Below, piece by piece: positions 8,842 through 18,324 of a stretch of DNA of 64,000 bases. The notes below the pieces were generated by a model. That model made no database searches, was not told the origin of the DNA, and saw only the letters and a program-made list of their open reading frames with translations. How positions within the stretch are numbered: the stretch's first letter is position 1; each line of letters opens with the position of its first letter. This stretch comes from a virus (taxonomy: Duplodnaviria; Caudoviricetes), in IMG/VR virus record IMGVR_UViG_2818991472_000001, positions 91,260 through 155,259 of that record; one strand, written 5' to 3'. Both the position numbers and the translations under genes were made by a program.

Positions 8842-10425
8842 CTAGTCGAAGTCCTCGGGGCGCAGCGGGTTGTCGTTCCTGAAGACCCTGGTGTCGTTGT
8901 GCCAGGACCAGTCCGGGACGGAGTTCAGCAGGTACTTCTCGTGCGGCCAGGGCAGGCGTCCGGCCCAGTGGTCGGTGCGGATCACCCGAATCCAGCGGGC
9001 GTAGGGCAGGCCGGTGGGGCTGCGGTGGTCCCAGGCAGGGACGTGGTCGTCGGACTCCTCCAGGTAGTGGAACAGCTCGTCGGTGTTCGCGCGGAAGATC
9101 TTCAGCTGCTCTTCCCGGCTGGCAAGGATGATCTTGGTGGCGTTCTGGTAGTCGTCGAGCTGGCTTGCCGTCAGCAGGCCCCGGGAGGCGCTGTTCCGGC
9201 AGTACGCGGCGAAGTCCTGCACCTTGAAGCCGCCTTCGAGTACCGGGGGTTCGGCATCGTCCCAGAGCGCCTGCAGCGTGTCCGTGACGGCGTCGATGCC
9301 GGTCTGCCAGCCCACCGCTGCCGCGCGGTCGAGGTACTTCTTCACCTGGTTGCCGCCGTTGCCGAGGCGCCGCACCCAGCGGCGGGAGCGCAGCTTCTCG
9401 ATCTGCTCGCCGAGCAGCAGGCCGTCCTCGGTGACGTAGTCCACGGGGACGTCGATGTGGCCCCAGGTGCGCGCGTACACCTCCAGGGCGACCAGCTCCG
9501 GCCGGACCCACTCCCAGCCGTCGATGGCCTCGACAGCGGCCCGGATGGCCGGGTCGAGCTTGCCCTGGGCGTACTCGCCCCGCCACGACGAGACGGTCCG
9601 CCCGTACGTGAAACCCGTGGGCGTCGTGGCGTCGTACGGGATGTTGCAGTGCTGGTTGAAGCCGACGAAGGTCGCGATGGCCTGCACGGCCTGCACGCGG
9701 CGCTGCTCCGCGAACGACCTGCGCTGTTCGGCGTCGGAGCGCAGGTCGGCGCCTTTCGCCTTGAGAGCTTCCAGGCGCTGCACGACCTGCGGGCGGGCGC
9801 TGCCCTGGGCGATGCTGGCGCGGGTGTCGGCCCACCACCGGTCGAGGCGGAAGCCGTTGACGGCCGTCCCGTCGGGGACGTTGCTGTGGCCGTGGGTGCG
9901 GACGAAGTCGGTGATCAGCCGCAGGCCCTCGCCGGTGTCGGCGGCGCGGTTGCCCTTGCGGGTCAGTTCCTGGTCGAAGGTCCACCCGGGCCGGGAGCGG
10001 AGCAGGATCTCCTCGGCCAGGGAGAGGCGTCCGGACCAGTGCTGCACGCAGATCTGGTTGATCCACTTGCCGAGGCCCTGGCAGAACGTGTCGATCACGT
10101 GGGGGTGCCGGGGCTCGGGACCGTTGTGGGCGAGCCAGCGGTCGAGGTTGTGCAGCCAGTGCAGGCGGGTGCCCCACTCGTGCGCGCGCCGGGGGGTGGA
10201 GGGCTTGTTCGGCAGGATCGGGATCGAGGCGACGGCGGCCCGCAGCGGGTCGTCCTGGGGCCGCTCCCACAGGTCGGTGAGCCACCAGGCCAGCGGGTCG
10301 CTGTCCTCGGGGAGGCGGCCGTCGTGGTCGACCAGGTGGCGGATGACGCGGGTCAGGTCGTTGACGAGGCCGGGGGTGTTGTCGAGGGTCTTCAGGATGT
10401 CCGGAGCGGGCGCGGTGGTGGTCAC
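8842..10425 (-). CDS. helicase-associated (HA) repeat protein without a helicase core
   Basis: about five repeats such as FVRTHGHSNVP...GFRLDRWW, YARTWGHIDVPVDYVTEDGLLLG, PGWTF/DGWEW/PDWSW; GTG start overlaps the upstream stop. Confidence 0.8.
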   Translation of the reverse strand: MTTTAPAPDILKTLDNTPGLVNDLTRVIRHLVDHDGRLPEDSDPLAWWLTDLWERPQDDPLRAAVASIPILPNKPSTPRRAHEWGTRLHWLHNLDRWLAHNGPEPRHPHVIDTFCQGLGKWINQICVQHWSGRLSLAEEILLRSRPGWTFDQELTRKGNRAADTGEGLRLITDFVRTHGHSNVPDGTAVNGFRLDRWWADTRASIAQGSARPQVVQRLEALKAKGADLRSDAEQRRSFAEQRRVQAVQAIATFVGFNQHCNIPYDATTPTGFTYGRTVSSWRGEYAQGKLDPAIRAAVEAIDGWEWVRPELVALEVYARTWGHIDVPVDYVTEDGLLLGEQIEKLRSRRWVRRLGNGGNQVKKYLDRAAAVGWQTGIDAVTDTLQALWDDAEPPVLEGGFKVQDFAAYCRNSASRGLLTASQLDDYQNATKIILASREEQLKIFRANTDELFHYLEESDDHVPAWDHRSPTGLPYARWIRVIRTDHWAGRLPWPHEKYLLNSVPDWSWHNDTRVFRNDNPLRPEDFD

Positions 10426-12701
10426 TTGGCGCTCCCGGCGGCGGGCAGCGGAACGACGGGCATGTGGTAGGTGCGGCCGGAGGCGGCCTCGTGGCGGCGG
10501 GTGGCGTCGTCGGCTTCCTGGATGATCTCCTCGCTGGTCTCCTCCATCAGGGCCTCGAAGACGGCGGCGTCGCTGGCGCCGTCGGGTCCGTCGTAGCCGG
10601 TGACCAGGTGGGCGCCGACGCCCAGGAGGGTGCCGTCGGGGAAGCCGGAGTCGGGGGCGTCCAGGGGCAGGGTGTCCTTGGTGCCGGGCGGGCGGCCCTC
10701 GGGGTACCAGCGCTGCTCTCGGCGGGCCGCCTCGCGCTCCATGGAGCGGTCGTGGATGCGGACGAAGACGGAGCCGACCATCACGCCGACGGTGAAGAGG
10801 TCTTCCCAGTCGGTCATGACCAGGTCGGTGGCGTCGGGGAACCAGCGGCGCAGGATCTGCGCGAGGTCGGCGTCCGGGTCGTCCTGCTCCTCCAGAGCGC
10901 TCAGCGGGGTGGAGGGGACGGTGAGGGTGACGCCGTGGCGGAGCTGGAAGATGTGGCTGACACCCGGGTAGGGCAGCGCGGGGGCGGTGGGCAGGAGCAT
11001 CTGGTAGCGGGCGTTCTTGGGCTCCTTCTGGCCCTTGAAGTCGTTTCGGTCCAGCCAGCCGGACTCCAGGGTGACCGGGTGGCTGTCGGTTCCGGTGACG
11101 GTCCGGCCGGAGTGGTCGACCAGGGTGATCGGCTCGTTGTCGGGGGTGCGGGCGGCCCGGGAGAGCAGGTGACGGTGGGCCAGGAGGCGGTCGGGCACCT
11201 GGTACTGGTCGGACGGGTGGGCGGTGGGCAGGAGGCCGCGCAGGGCGAGTTCGGCGAGCGCGATGTGCTGGGCGTTGCGCTCGCGCGGGTGGGTCAGCCA
11301 GCCGCCGGTGCCGTCGCTGGTGATCTGGGCGACGGCGTCGATGTTCTCGGCGTCGTGGACCAGCAGGGCGAGGGAGTCGGGGTGGGAGTTGGGGTCGCGG
11401 TAGTCGCCGGGCGGCCAGGCGGCGCCGGGGTCCTCCTCCATCAGGTAGGTGGTGCAGCGCAGCAGGTCGCCGGTCAGGGCCTCGGCCAGGGTGCCGGTGT
11501 GGTGCTGGGCGAATCCGGCGAGGGCGGTGGCGGGCTTGCCGCCGAGGGCGGCGACGGCACGGCACCACCACACCAGGCGGACGGCGGGGCGGCTGGTGCG
11601 GTCGAGGCCGTAGGAGAGGGCGCGGGTGGGGGCCTGGGGGCTGCGGGAGAGTCGGGCCTTGAGGCGGGCGGGGAGGGTGCGCAGCAGCTCGCTGTCGATC
11701 TCGGCCTGCGGGATCGGCAGGCCGTTGATCAGGCTGGTGCCGATCTGCTGCACGCGGGGGCGCTTGCTGTCGTCGCCGGTGTGCCAGTGGCGGATGGAGC
11801 TGTGCAGCAGGTTGACGGTGTCGCCGTAGCGGTTGGCTGCCTGGCCGAGGAGGGTCTGGGTGCCGTTGCGGCTGACCTGGCCGACGACGACGTGGACGGG
11901 CAGGGCGATGACGGAGGCGAGGTGGCGCGCGGTCTCGCGCAGGATCTCGTCCTTGGCTTCGCAGGCGGTGCGCAGGGTGGTGACCACGCGGAGCAGGGCC
12001 GGGCGGTCGAGGTTCCAGGCGGCGTCCATGTCGGCCGGGTCGATGTTCAGGCGCTGCAGCATCTCGGGGCGCTGCAGGGTGGTGCGGGTGGCGTAGTAGC
12101 GGCGCATGCCGTCGGCGATGCGCAGCCGGTGGTCGGCCGGGGAGCCGTCCTTGAAGGTGAGGGTCTGCGGGATGACGACGAGGGGGGTGTGGATGCCGCC
12201 CTCGTCCGCCATGATCCACAGGTCGCTGTCGGGGTCCTCCTGCTGCTCGTAGATCCGGGCGTTGTCCGCGAGGTGCCAGTTGCGGTCGGCGAGGTTGGGC
12301 CAGGCGATGGTGGCGCCGCCGCTGGTCTCCTCGACCGTGCTCCTGCTGGGCAGCGGGGGTACCGTGCCGCCGGAGCTGGAACGGGTGAGCTTCTTGGTGA
12401 TGTGCCGCTGGATCTCGTCGGCCGGGGGGCACAGCCACGGTGCCCACATCCGGGTGGTGAGGATCAGCAGGCTCTTGCCCTGGATGGTGGACAGGCCCGC
12501 CAGCGGCTGGGTGAGCTGGACGCGGACGGCGGCCGGGTCGGTGCTCGCCTGGGCGAGCGCCGTGCTGGTGTCCTCGTCGAGCTGGAGGGTGCTCTGGAGG
12601 CGCTGGGCGAGCTTGCGGACCGCGTCGGCCTTGGCGGGCAGCGGCGGCAGCTCGAAGGTCCCGTAGCCGAAGGTGGACGGGGTGTCGTCGATGGACGTCA
12701 T
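10422..12701 (-). CDS. large protein with ParB/Srx-like motif
   Basis: GGIHTPLVV...LRIADGMRRYYA resembles the ParB N-terminal GxxxPxxV...IxDGxRR signature. Confidence 0.55.
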   Translation of the reverse strand: MTSIDDTPSTFGYGTFELPPLPAKADAVRKLAQRLQSTLQLDEDTSTALAQASTDPAAVRVQLTQPLAGLSTIQGKSLLILTTRMWAPWLCPPADEIQRHITKKLTRSSSGGTVPPLPSRSTVEETSGGATIAWPNLADRNWHLADNARIYEQQEDPDSDLWIMADEGGIHTPLVVIPQTLTFKDGSPADHRLRIADGMRRYYATRTTLQRPEMLQRLNIDPADMDAAWNLDRPALLRVVTTLRTACEAKDEILRETARHLASVIALPVHVVVGQVSRNGTQTLLGQAANRYGDTVNLLHSSIRHWHTGDDSKRPRVQQIGTSLINGLPIPQAEIDSELLRTLPARLKARLSRSPQAPTRALSYGLDRTSRPAVRLVWWCRAVAALGGKPATALAGFAQHHTGTLAEALTGDLLRCTTYLMEEDPGAAWPPGDYRDPNSHPDSLALLVHDAENIDAVAQITSDGTGGWLTHPRERNAQHIALAELALRGLLPTAHPSDQYQVPDRLLAHRHLLSRAARTPDNEPITLVDHSGRTVTGTDSHPVTLESGWLDRNDFKGQKEPKNARYQMLLPTAPALPYPGVSHIFQLRHGVTLTVPSTPLSALEEQDDPDADLAQILRRWFPDATDLVMTDWEDLFTVGVMVGSVFVRIHDRSMEREAARREQRWYPEGRPPGTKDTLPLDAPDSGFPDGTLLGVGAHLVTGYDGPDGASDAAVFEALMEETSEEIIQEADDATRRHEAASGRTYHMPVVPLPAAGSAK

Positions 12702-13055
12702 CAGAGGTCACGTCGTTTCTGCCACGACGCACGGACGGCCGGAACCGGGGGTTCGACGGACGGTGCGATGAGTGTGGCGTAGGCAAGCGGGTCAGGGTTC
12801 CCTGCGGAGGGCCTGGCCGGTCACCGCGACGGTCCCCAACGTGGTCGGGGCGTGGCCGGAGGCGAAGCGGAACGGGTCCGAAGGGGCCTGCCACGAGCTG
12901 CTGGTCCTTCCGGCTGAACCGGACGCGGACGGGGCAGCGGCTCGACGGCTGCACCGCCAACGATAGACCACACCGGCCGCTGGAGCGCAAGTCCCCAGGT
13001 CGACGGCCAAGCCGAAGTTGCCCGTGGGCAGTTCGTGATCTGCCAAGCTGTCTCC

Positions 13056-13655
13056 ATGACCGAGACGACGTTCCCCTACCGGCTGGCCGACAGCTCCGGC
13101 GAGGGCTGGCTGCACACCGGCGACGGCCTCTACAGCACGTTCCCCCGCACCGACCTGGGCGACATGGAGTACGACCAACTCGTCTCCGAGCGAGGCCCGT
13201 TGAGGGAGATCGCCCCCGAGTCGGCCGAGGACAGCCAGGCCATCCAGGAGGCCCTCACCGCAGCGGGGAAGAAGGCCGTGATCACCCTGCTCGCCGCCCT
13301 CTACGCGACTGCCCGCAAGGTGATGGACCAGAGCGGCGGCCGGATCGCGGTCATGACGGCCGGTCGCCCCGGCTCCTGGGAGGCCGACCGGCTCAGGAAC
13401 CTGATCTGGGAGGGCGACGGCGTCAAGCCCAGCCGCGTCGACCAGGCCGCCCTGGACACGCTGACCGGCATCTTTGAGCGCTGGGTCCTCACCGGCGACA
13501 CCGTGGTGGAGATGGCCGAGAACCTCGCTGGCGACGTCGCCCAGGTCGCCGGGAAGATCGGCGGCTGGAACGCGATCACCGACCAGTGGGTCCGCAGCGC
13601 CCAGTACGCCGAGAGTCTCGGGACCTGGCTGGTCGGCGCCGACTACCACTCGTGA
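13056..13655 (+). CDS. hypothetical protein
   Basis: MTETTFPYRL...; GC3-rich frame. Confidence 0.7.
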   Translation: MTETTFPYRLADSSGEGWLHTGDGLYSTFPRTDLGDMEYDQLVSERGPLREIAPESAEDSQAIQEALTAAGKKAVITLLAALYATARKVMDQSGGRIAVMTAGRPGSWEADRLRNLIWEGDGVKPSRVDQAALDTLTGIFERWVLTGDTVVEMAENLAGDVAQVAGKIGGWNAITDQWVRSAQYAESLGTWLVGADYHS

Positions 13656-13825
13656 ACAGGGCGCGAGCCAGTAACTCCGCCTGAAAGTCGGCGACTTGGA
13701 GGGGCAGGCCGATTCTTGCCCCTCCGGCCCGCTTCGGTGCTATGGTCCTCGCCGAGGGACGGAAGCCCCGTTCCTCACCCCGCTGATCCAGGGACGGAAA
13801 CCCCGTTCCGAGGAAGGACCCAGCC

Positions 13826-14476
13826 ATGCAGCTGGAGGAGATCACCGTCCGCGCTCTGACGGACGACGAGATCAAGGCCCTCACCCCCGAGGACGTCATC
13901 TACGTCCCGGACCCCGATTTCAAGCACGACCCGTTCAAGCACGACTCCGACCCCAACCCTCTGATCCTGATCCTGGTCGAGGCGCGACGTGCCGAGCGCG
14001 GTGAGTACTACCTGAAGCAGGGCAGCCTGCAGGTCCAGAACATCTACGGCGTCGAGTACTGGGTACCGGCCACGCAGGTGTTCACCGCCGACCCCGACGG
14101 TCAGGCGATGCCCAAGTTCTCCACCGCCGGAACGAACCTCTCCCTCGCCCTGTACATCCCCGGCATGAGCGAGGAGGAGGCCAAGACCGCCGTCTTCGAC
14201 GCGCTGCGGGCCAAGTTCGGTGCTGGCGTTGTCCAGGTGTGGAACGCCCGGACCCGGCCCGTGAAGGACCTGCGCTACGACGTCTACGAGGAGAAGATGG
14301 TCTACCAGCCCGGCCCCTCCAAGAAGGACCCCGGCACCTACGTTGCAACGCGGGTCCGAACGGTCGCCAACGGCGTCCTGGGCGGGCAGGTCCAGTACCT
14401 TCGCGGGCAGAACGCTGGCACCAGGCTCGTCACTGAAATCCATATCCCCGCAGAAAGCGTCACCGAGACGATCTGA
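13826..14476 (+). CDS. hypothetical protein
   Basis: GGAAGGA RBS; strongly biased codon usage. Confidence 0.75.
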   Translation: MQLEEITVRALTDDEIKALTPEDVIYVPDPDFKHDPFKHDSDPNPLILILVEARRAERGEYYLKQGSLQVQNIYGVEYWVPATQVFTADPDGQAMPKFSTAGTNLSLALYIPGMSEEEAKTAVFDALRAKFGAGVVQVWNARTRPVKDLRYDVYEEKMVYQPGPSKKDPGTYVATRVRTVANGVLGGQVQYLRGQNAGTRLVTEIHIPAESVTETI

Positions 14477-14584
14477 TCGGCACGGATTCCCCAATGATGG
14501 GGAATCGCATTTCCACACGGGGAAATGGTGTGGTGCACTTTCCCACGCAGTGACGAGTTCGGGTGCCATCCCTGGTCCGGCTCA

Positions 14585-14622
14585 GCTGGTGGGGCCGGAG
14601 GTGGTAGCCCGGCCCCACCAGC
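14585..14622. terminator. hairpin between convergent genes
   Basis: GCTGGTGGGGCCGG...CCGGCCCCACCAGC. Confidence 0.6.
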
Positions 14623-14627
14623 GGCAT

Positions 14628-15560
14628 TTAACGCTGCCAGGGTTCGAGTTCCGGTTCGACGTTCTTCCAGGCCACGATCCCGAGCGATGCACTGCCGGGG
14701 CCCCACGGTTCCTTGCGGGCCCGGGTGGCGTAGCCGTCCTCCCGCAGGGTGGCGGTGATGAGGGTCTGGGCTTCCGTCCAGTGCTCCTGGTAGCGGGCGA
14801 GCTGCGGGTCGGGGAACCAGGCGACGTGGGCGCAGTCGACGGCGCCCAGGGGCCGCAGGGTGGGCTTCAGGTCCCATACGACGCAGCCCTTCCCGATCCG
14901 GGACGGGACCTTCTCCAGCGGGCGCTCCCCGTACACGTAGTTCTGCATCATCAGCCGAGCGGCTTCGAGGACGCGGCGCACGCGCTCCTGCTCGTAGGCG
15001 GCCTTGTTGATGCCGTACTCAAAGTTCGGCCGGGCGGGACCGTAGGTGGCCCAGGCGTTCGCGGGCTTCCTGGGGGGCTCCACGCCGGGCGCCATCCGGT
15101 AGACGAGGATCTCGGCTCCGGGGTGGTGGGTCGGGGTCCAGAGGTCGCTGTGGAACTCGGCGACGTAGCCGAGGGACTCCAGGGCGGCCACCGTGGCGGC
15201 GATCCGCTTCTCCCAGTGCGCAGCGGCCCCGGTCGGGATCGTGCGCTTGCGGTAGTCGTTGCTGTACTGGGGGCGGTGGGCGACGTCGGGGTACCAGTTG
15301 ACCACCACGCACAGCTCCGCCCCGTCCGGCCAGCACTCCTCGGGTGCCTGGAGCGCCTGGCACCAGCCGAGGCCCTTCGGGAGGACCCGGTGGCCTTGGG
15401 CGTCCACACCTTCGCCGAGGCCGAGTCGCATCAGGTCCTCGTTCACGATGTGCCTGGCGCCGAACGGCCGGACCGGTTCGTACGGGGGCTCGTCGTCCTG
15501 CTGCTGGGGCTTGGGCTCCGACGTCTCGGCGGGTTCGCCGTCCTTCACGATTCTCAGCAT
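14628..15560 (-). CDS. hypothetical protein
   Basis: long GC3-rich ORF; start uncertain. Confidence 0.65.
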   Translation of the reverse strand: MLRIVKDGEPAETSEPKPQQQDDEPPYEPVRPFGARHIVNEDLMRLGLGEGVDAQGHRVLPKGLGWCQALQAPEECWPDGAELCVVVNWYPDVAHRPQYSNDYRKRTIPTGAAAHWEKRIAATVAALESLGYVAEFHSDLWTPTHHPGAEILVYRMAPGVEPPRKPANAWATYGPARPNFEYGINKAAYEQERVRRVLEAARLMMQNYVYGERPLEKVPSRIGKGCVVWDLKPTLRPLGAVDCAHVAWFPDPQLARYQEHWTEAQTLITATLREDGYATRARKEPWGPGSASLGIVAWKNVEPELEPWQR

Positions 15561-15710
15561 GACGGCATTGTGAATCATTCTCGGAAGGTTCTTCAACGAT
15601 TCCAGAAAGTACGACTGCCGTGGGATTGCATATGCAATCCCACGGGACTTATGGGTTCCGGAAAGGCCAAATGGGTGACACTCGCTACTCGCCTCGGTAC
15701 ACTACTTGCC

Positions 15711-16085
15711 ATGTTCGACGGACTCCGGAAGAGAATTGATCGCTGGCTAGCAGAGAAAGAAGCCAATCCCCCTCCGTTCCCACCGGAATTCTACGTAACC
15801 GATAGAGGAATTCGATTCCGCTCATGGCTCCTCGTCAGTACATTCTTTACGGGATTGGCGGCCGTAACGGGAGCCCTGGTCTACTTCGCTTTGTCTCTGC
15901 TCTTCATCGTGCTCTCCCCTAATCTCGCAACCGCCATGGAGGACTACTGGGAAACGGTTCTCTTTTCGTTTCTCGTCGGGGTCCTTTTCATGGTGCGCCA
16001 TGGCAGTGAGATCGTCGACGGGCTTCTGTGGCAGGGAGCCAAGAAGGCGGCAGCACGGTATTCCGAGGAGCCGGAGGAAGAGTAG
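15711..16085 (+). CDS. two-helix membrane protein, lower GC
   Basis: MFDGLRKR...; two hydrophobic segments; TACACT -10 6 nt upstream of the ATG. Confidence 0.7.
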   Translation: MFDGLRKRIDRWLAEKEANPPPFPPEFYVTDRGIRFRSWLLVSTFFTGLAAVTGALVYFALSLLFIVLSPNLATAMEDYWETVLFSFLVGVLFMVRHGSEIVDGLLWQGAKKAAARYSEEPEEE

Positions 16086-16160
16086 GTAGCCCGTGATCGC
16101 GGTAGCCTCCATCGGACCGACCTTCCAGCAGCTAACACCATCTCAGACAGCGGAGCAGCC

Positions 16161-16778
16161 ATGTCCGACAAGGCAGAGGACCACCCGGACGTGCAGCGGC
16201 TCCTCGCTGCGTACCAGCGGCTGCAGGAGACCAGCCTCACCTTGCTGGCACTGACCGCCCAGATCAGCGACCTCGGCCCCTACGGTACCGAGGAGCTGCC
16301 AGACGCCCTGACGGCACTGCGCTCGCTCGTGGAGCAGGAGTTCTACGTCCACGAGTTGGCAGAGGTTCTGCGGTCGGTCTCCTGCGCCTATACCGTCGAC
16401 CCGCTCGCCGCCCTGCGCCTGGGCGGCGAGGACCCGTTGGCGCTGACGGGGGCCATCATGATGATCCGGGGCACGCTCAGCCAGCTCGATGAGCTGGGTG
16501 AGCTGTTTCAACTTCCGGTCCTCACCGTGAAGTTGCCGGTCGACCTCGGCTGGGAGCAGCGCCAGCCCGGGGGCTGCCGGTGCGCCTGCCAGTTCTTCCA
16601 CCAGGCACCCGGGGTCTGCCTGCGGGCCGGGCAGCCGGGCCTGTTCGTCCGGGTGGTCTCCAGGCAGGTCTTCTCCCCCGAGCCCGCCGAGGTCGAGACC
16701 GGCATGGTGGTGGTGTGCCTGGACTGCTACCAGGCCATCGCCGCCCGGCAGGACGGCGTGGCCTCCGGTCAGCAGTAG
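16161..16778 (+). CDS. hypothetical protein with C-terminal Cys cluster
   Basis: GGAG RBS; CRCAC...H...C...CLDC. Confidence 0.65.
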   Translation: MSDKAEDHPDVQRLLAAYQRLQETSLTLLALTAQISDLGPYGTEELPDALTALRSLVEQEFYVHELAEVLRSVSCAYTVDPLAALRLGGEDPLALTGAIMMIRGTLSQLDELGELFQLPVLTVKLPVDLGWEQRQPGGCRCACQFFHQAPGVCLRAGQPGLFVRVVSRQVFSPEPAEVETGMVVVCLDCYQAIAARQDGVASGQQ

Positions 16779-16800
16779 GTCAGGCGACGGTCTCGCCCGC
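16770..16800. repeat. 31-bp direct repeat, copy 1
   Basis: CAGCAGTAGGTCAGGCGACGGTCTCGCCCGC, 29/31 identical to 17348..17378. Confidence 0.8.
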
Positions 16801-17064
16801 CTCCCAGGCCGCCGCGACCGTGTCCTGGTCCACGTCCGGCGCGAGCTTCGCCCGCCGCATGTCCTCGCACCGCACGTCGGCGCTCAGGAGCGCGATCGTC
16901 TCGCCGTCGCCGTCGTACAGCTCGAACGAGTGGCCGTCCCACTCCTCCGGGACGGCTCCCGAGAGGGTGCCGAAGTCCCCGCCGCTGATCTTCTCGCCGT
17001 CGCTCGGGCGCAGCACGATGTACGCGCGCAGGATGACGACGTCCGGGTTCGTCTTCTTGGCCAT
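16780..17064 (-). CDS. small acidic hypothetical protein
   Basis: MAKKTNPDVV...; GAAGGGG upstream. Confidence 0.6.
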   Translation of the reverse strand: MAKKTNPDVVILRAYIVLRPSDGEKISGGDFGTLSGAVPEEWDGHSFELYDGDGETIALLSADVRCEDMRRAKLAPDVDQDTVAAAWEAGETVA

Positions 17065-17347
17065 GCCGAGTAAGCCCCTTCCTGGGGTGATGTGGTGGAG
17101 GTGGTCGGCGATCACCGACAGCACTGACGCTACGCATCGAGCCCCTGTGCTTCAACTGTCCTCACACCGCAGGAATTTGGCCGCTCGGAGGGGAAGATCG
17201 CTGCTCTGGCTGCCCCGAAGCAGCGCCTGGTGGCGGTGCTGGATGCGGCTCGGCTGCCATCAGACGCAACGCACGACGCTTCAGGTCCCCGCAGCTCGAC
17301 CCGCCTTGAATGTCACCGTTCTATAACGATGAGATCCGCCCCTCGCG

Positions 17348-17378
17348 CAGCAGTAGGTCAGGTGACCGTCTCGCCCGC
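17348..17378. repeat. 31-bp direct repeat, copy 2
   Basis: CAGCAGTAGGTCAGGTGACCGTCTCGCCCGC. Confidence 0.8.
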
Positions 17379-18089
17379 ATACCAGTTCTCCGAGGAGGTG
17401 AAGTGCCATGTCCAGGGGACTGTCCGGCATGCGTAGATCCGGCGCTCCCGTCGTGCCTCGTTGCCGCGCACGTCGTGCAGGATCTTGAATTCGAGAAGCT
17501 GCTGTTCGGCCTGGTCCCACGTAAAGGGGATCTTCCCGCACACGCAGCGGCTGGGCTTCTGAGCCTGGCCGCTCCTGTCCCATGCCTCCAGGGCGTCGTC
17601 GCACCACGTCGTCAGGGGGGTGATTTGCTCAGCAGCAGCAGCATTCAGTTGGGTGGAGATGGCGATGTTGCGCTGCGCTGAGTCTCCAGCCTCCTCCACC
17701 ACAGTGAGCCGTGCCCCCATCTGCAGGGCCTTCGAAGCTGCCTGTGCAATGAGCGTCTCGATCTGAGGCGATCGGGAGCGGAGGCGGACGGCGCTTCCGG
17801 CGAGGAGGCGGTTCCATGCCAGTGCGGACGTGTGGCGCGAGAAGTGCATCTGGATGGGTACTGGAGCCGTGATCCGCAGCATGGTCGCCAGGGCGCAGAC
17901 AACCTCCAAGGTCTCCAGATCCGCACACAGCCCCATATCGGCGACTAGATGCCTGGTCTTATTCCGATGCGTGTAGCTGCGTACGACGTGGACTTTCCCG
18001 GCGCCTTCGCTCCAGATTCCGCGCACCCTGACGCGCTGGCCGTTCCGGAGCTGCTTTTGGCGGCTGATTCGTGGGTGAATCATTTGCAT
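17358..18089 (-). CDS. hypothetical protein with C-terminal Zn-finger-like motif, lower GC
   Basis: CVCGK...RERRIYAC...WHFTS. Confidence 0.55.
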   Translation of the reverse strand: MQMIHPRISRQKQLRNGQRVRVRGIWSEGAGKVHVVRSYTHRNKTRHLVADMGLCADLETLEVVCALATMLRITAPVPIQMHFSRHTSALAWNRLLAGSAVRLRSRSPQIETLIAQAASKALQMGARLTVVEEAGDSAQRNIAISTQLNAAAAEQITPLTTWCDDALEAWDRSGQAQKPSRCVCGKIPFTWDQAEQQLLEFKILHDVRGNEARRERRIYACRTVPWTWHFTSSENWYAGETVT

Positions 18090-18220
18090 GAAGGCGATTA
18101 TCTAGCACCAATCCAGTCGGCATCGGGGGTTTCACGAAACATCCCATCCTTTCCAGAAATGAAATATAGAGAGTTGATAATCAAATCCTCTCGATGGGAC
18201 CGGAGAGCCGCCTTGGATGT

Positions 18221-18272
18221 TACTCATGAGTAGCTTGCGGTAATGGAGGTTACCGCAGGCTACTCATGAGTA
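18221..18272. promoter_or_regulatory. lox-like recombination/binding site upstream of the recombinase
   Basis: 23-bp inverted arms (1 mismatch) around the 6-bp spacer TGGAGG; each arm contains the palindrome TACTCATGAGTA. Confidence 0.7.
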
Positions 18273-18324
18273 GCCTGTAGCGTGGGCTGGACATGGTTCC
18301 ATCTCACGCCCTTGAGGACCGCCG

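Noticed and set aside
10426-12990. N-terminal ~850 aa of the 1382-aa ORF 8842..12990
   Set aside because: Arg/Pro-rich off-frame read of 10422..12701; the real gene starts at the coupled GTG at 10425.
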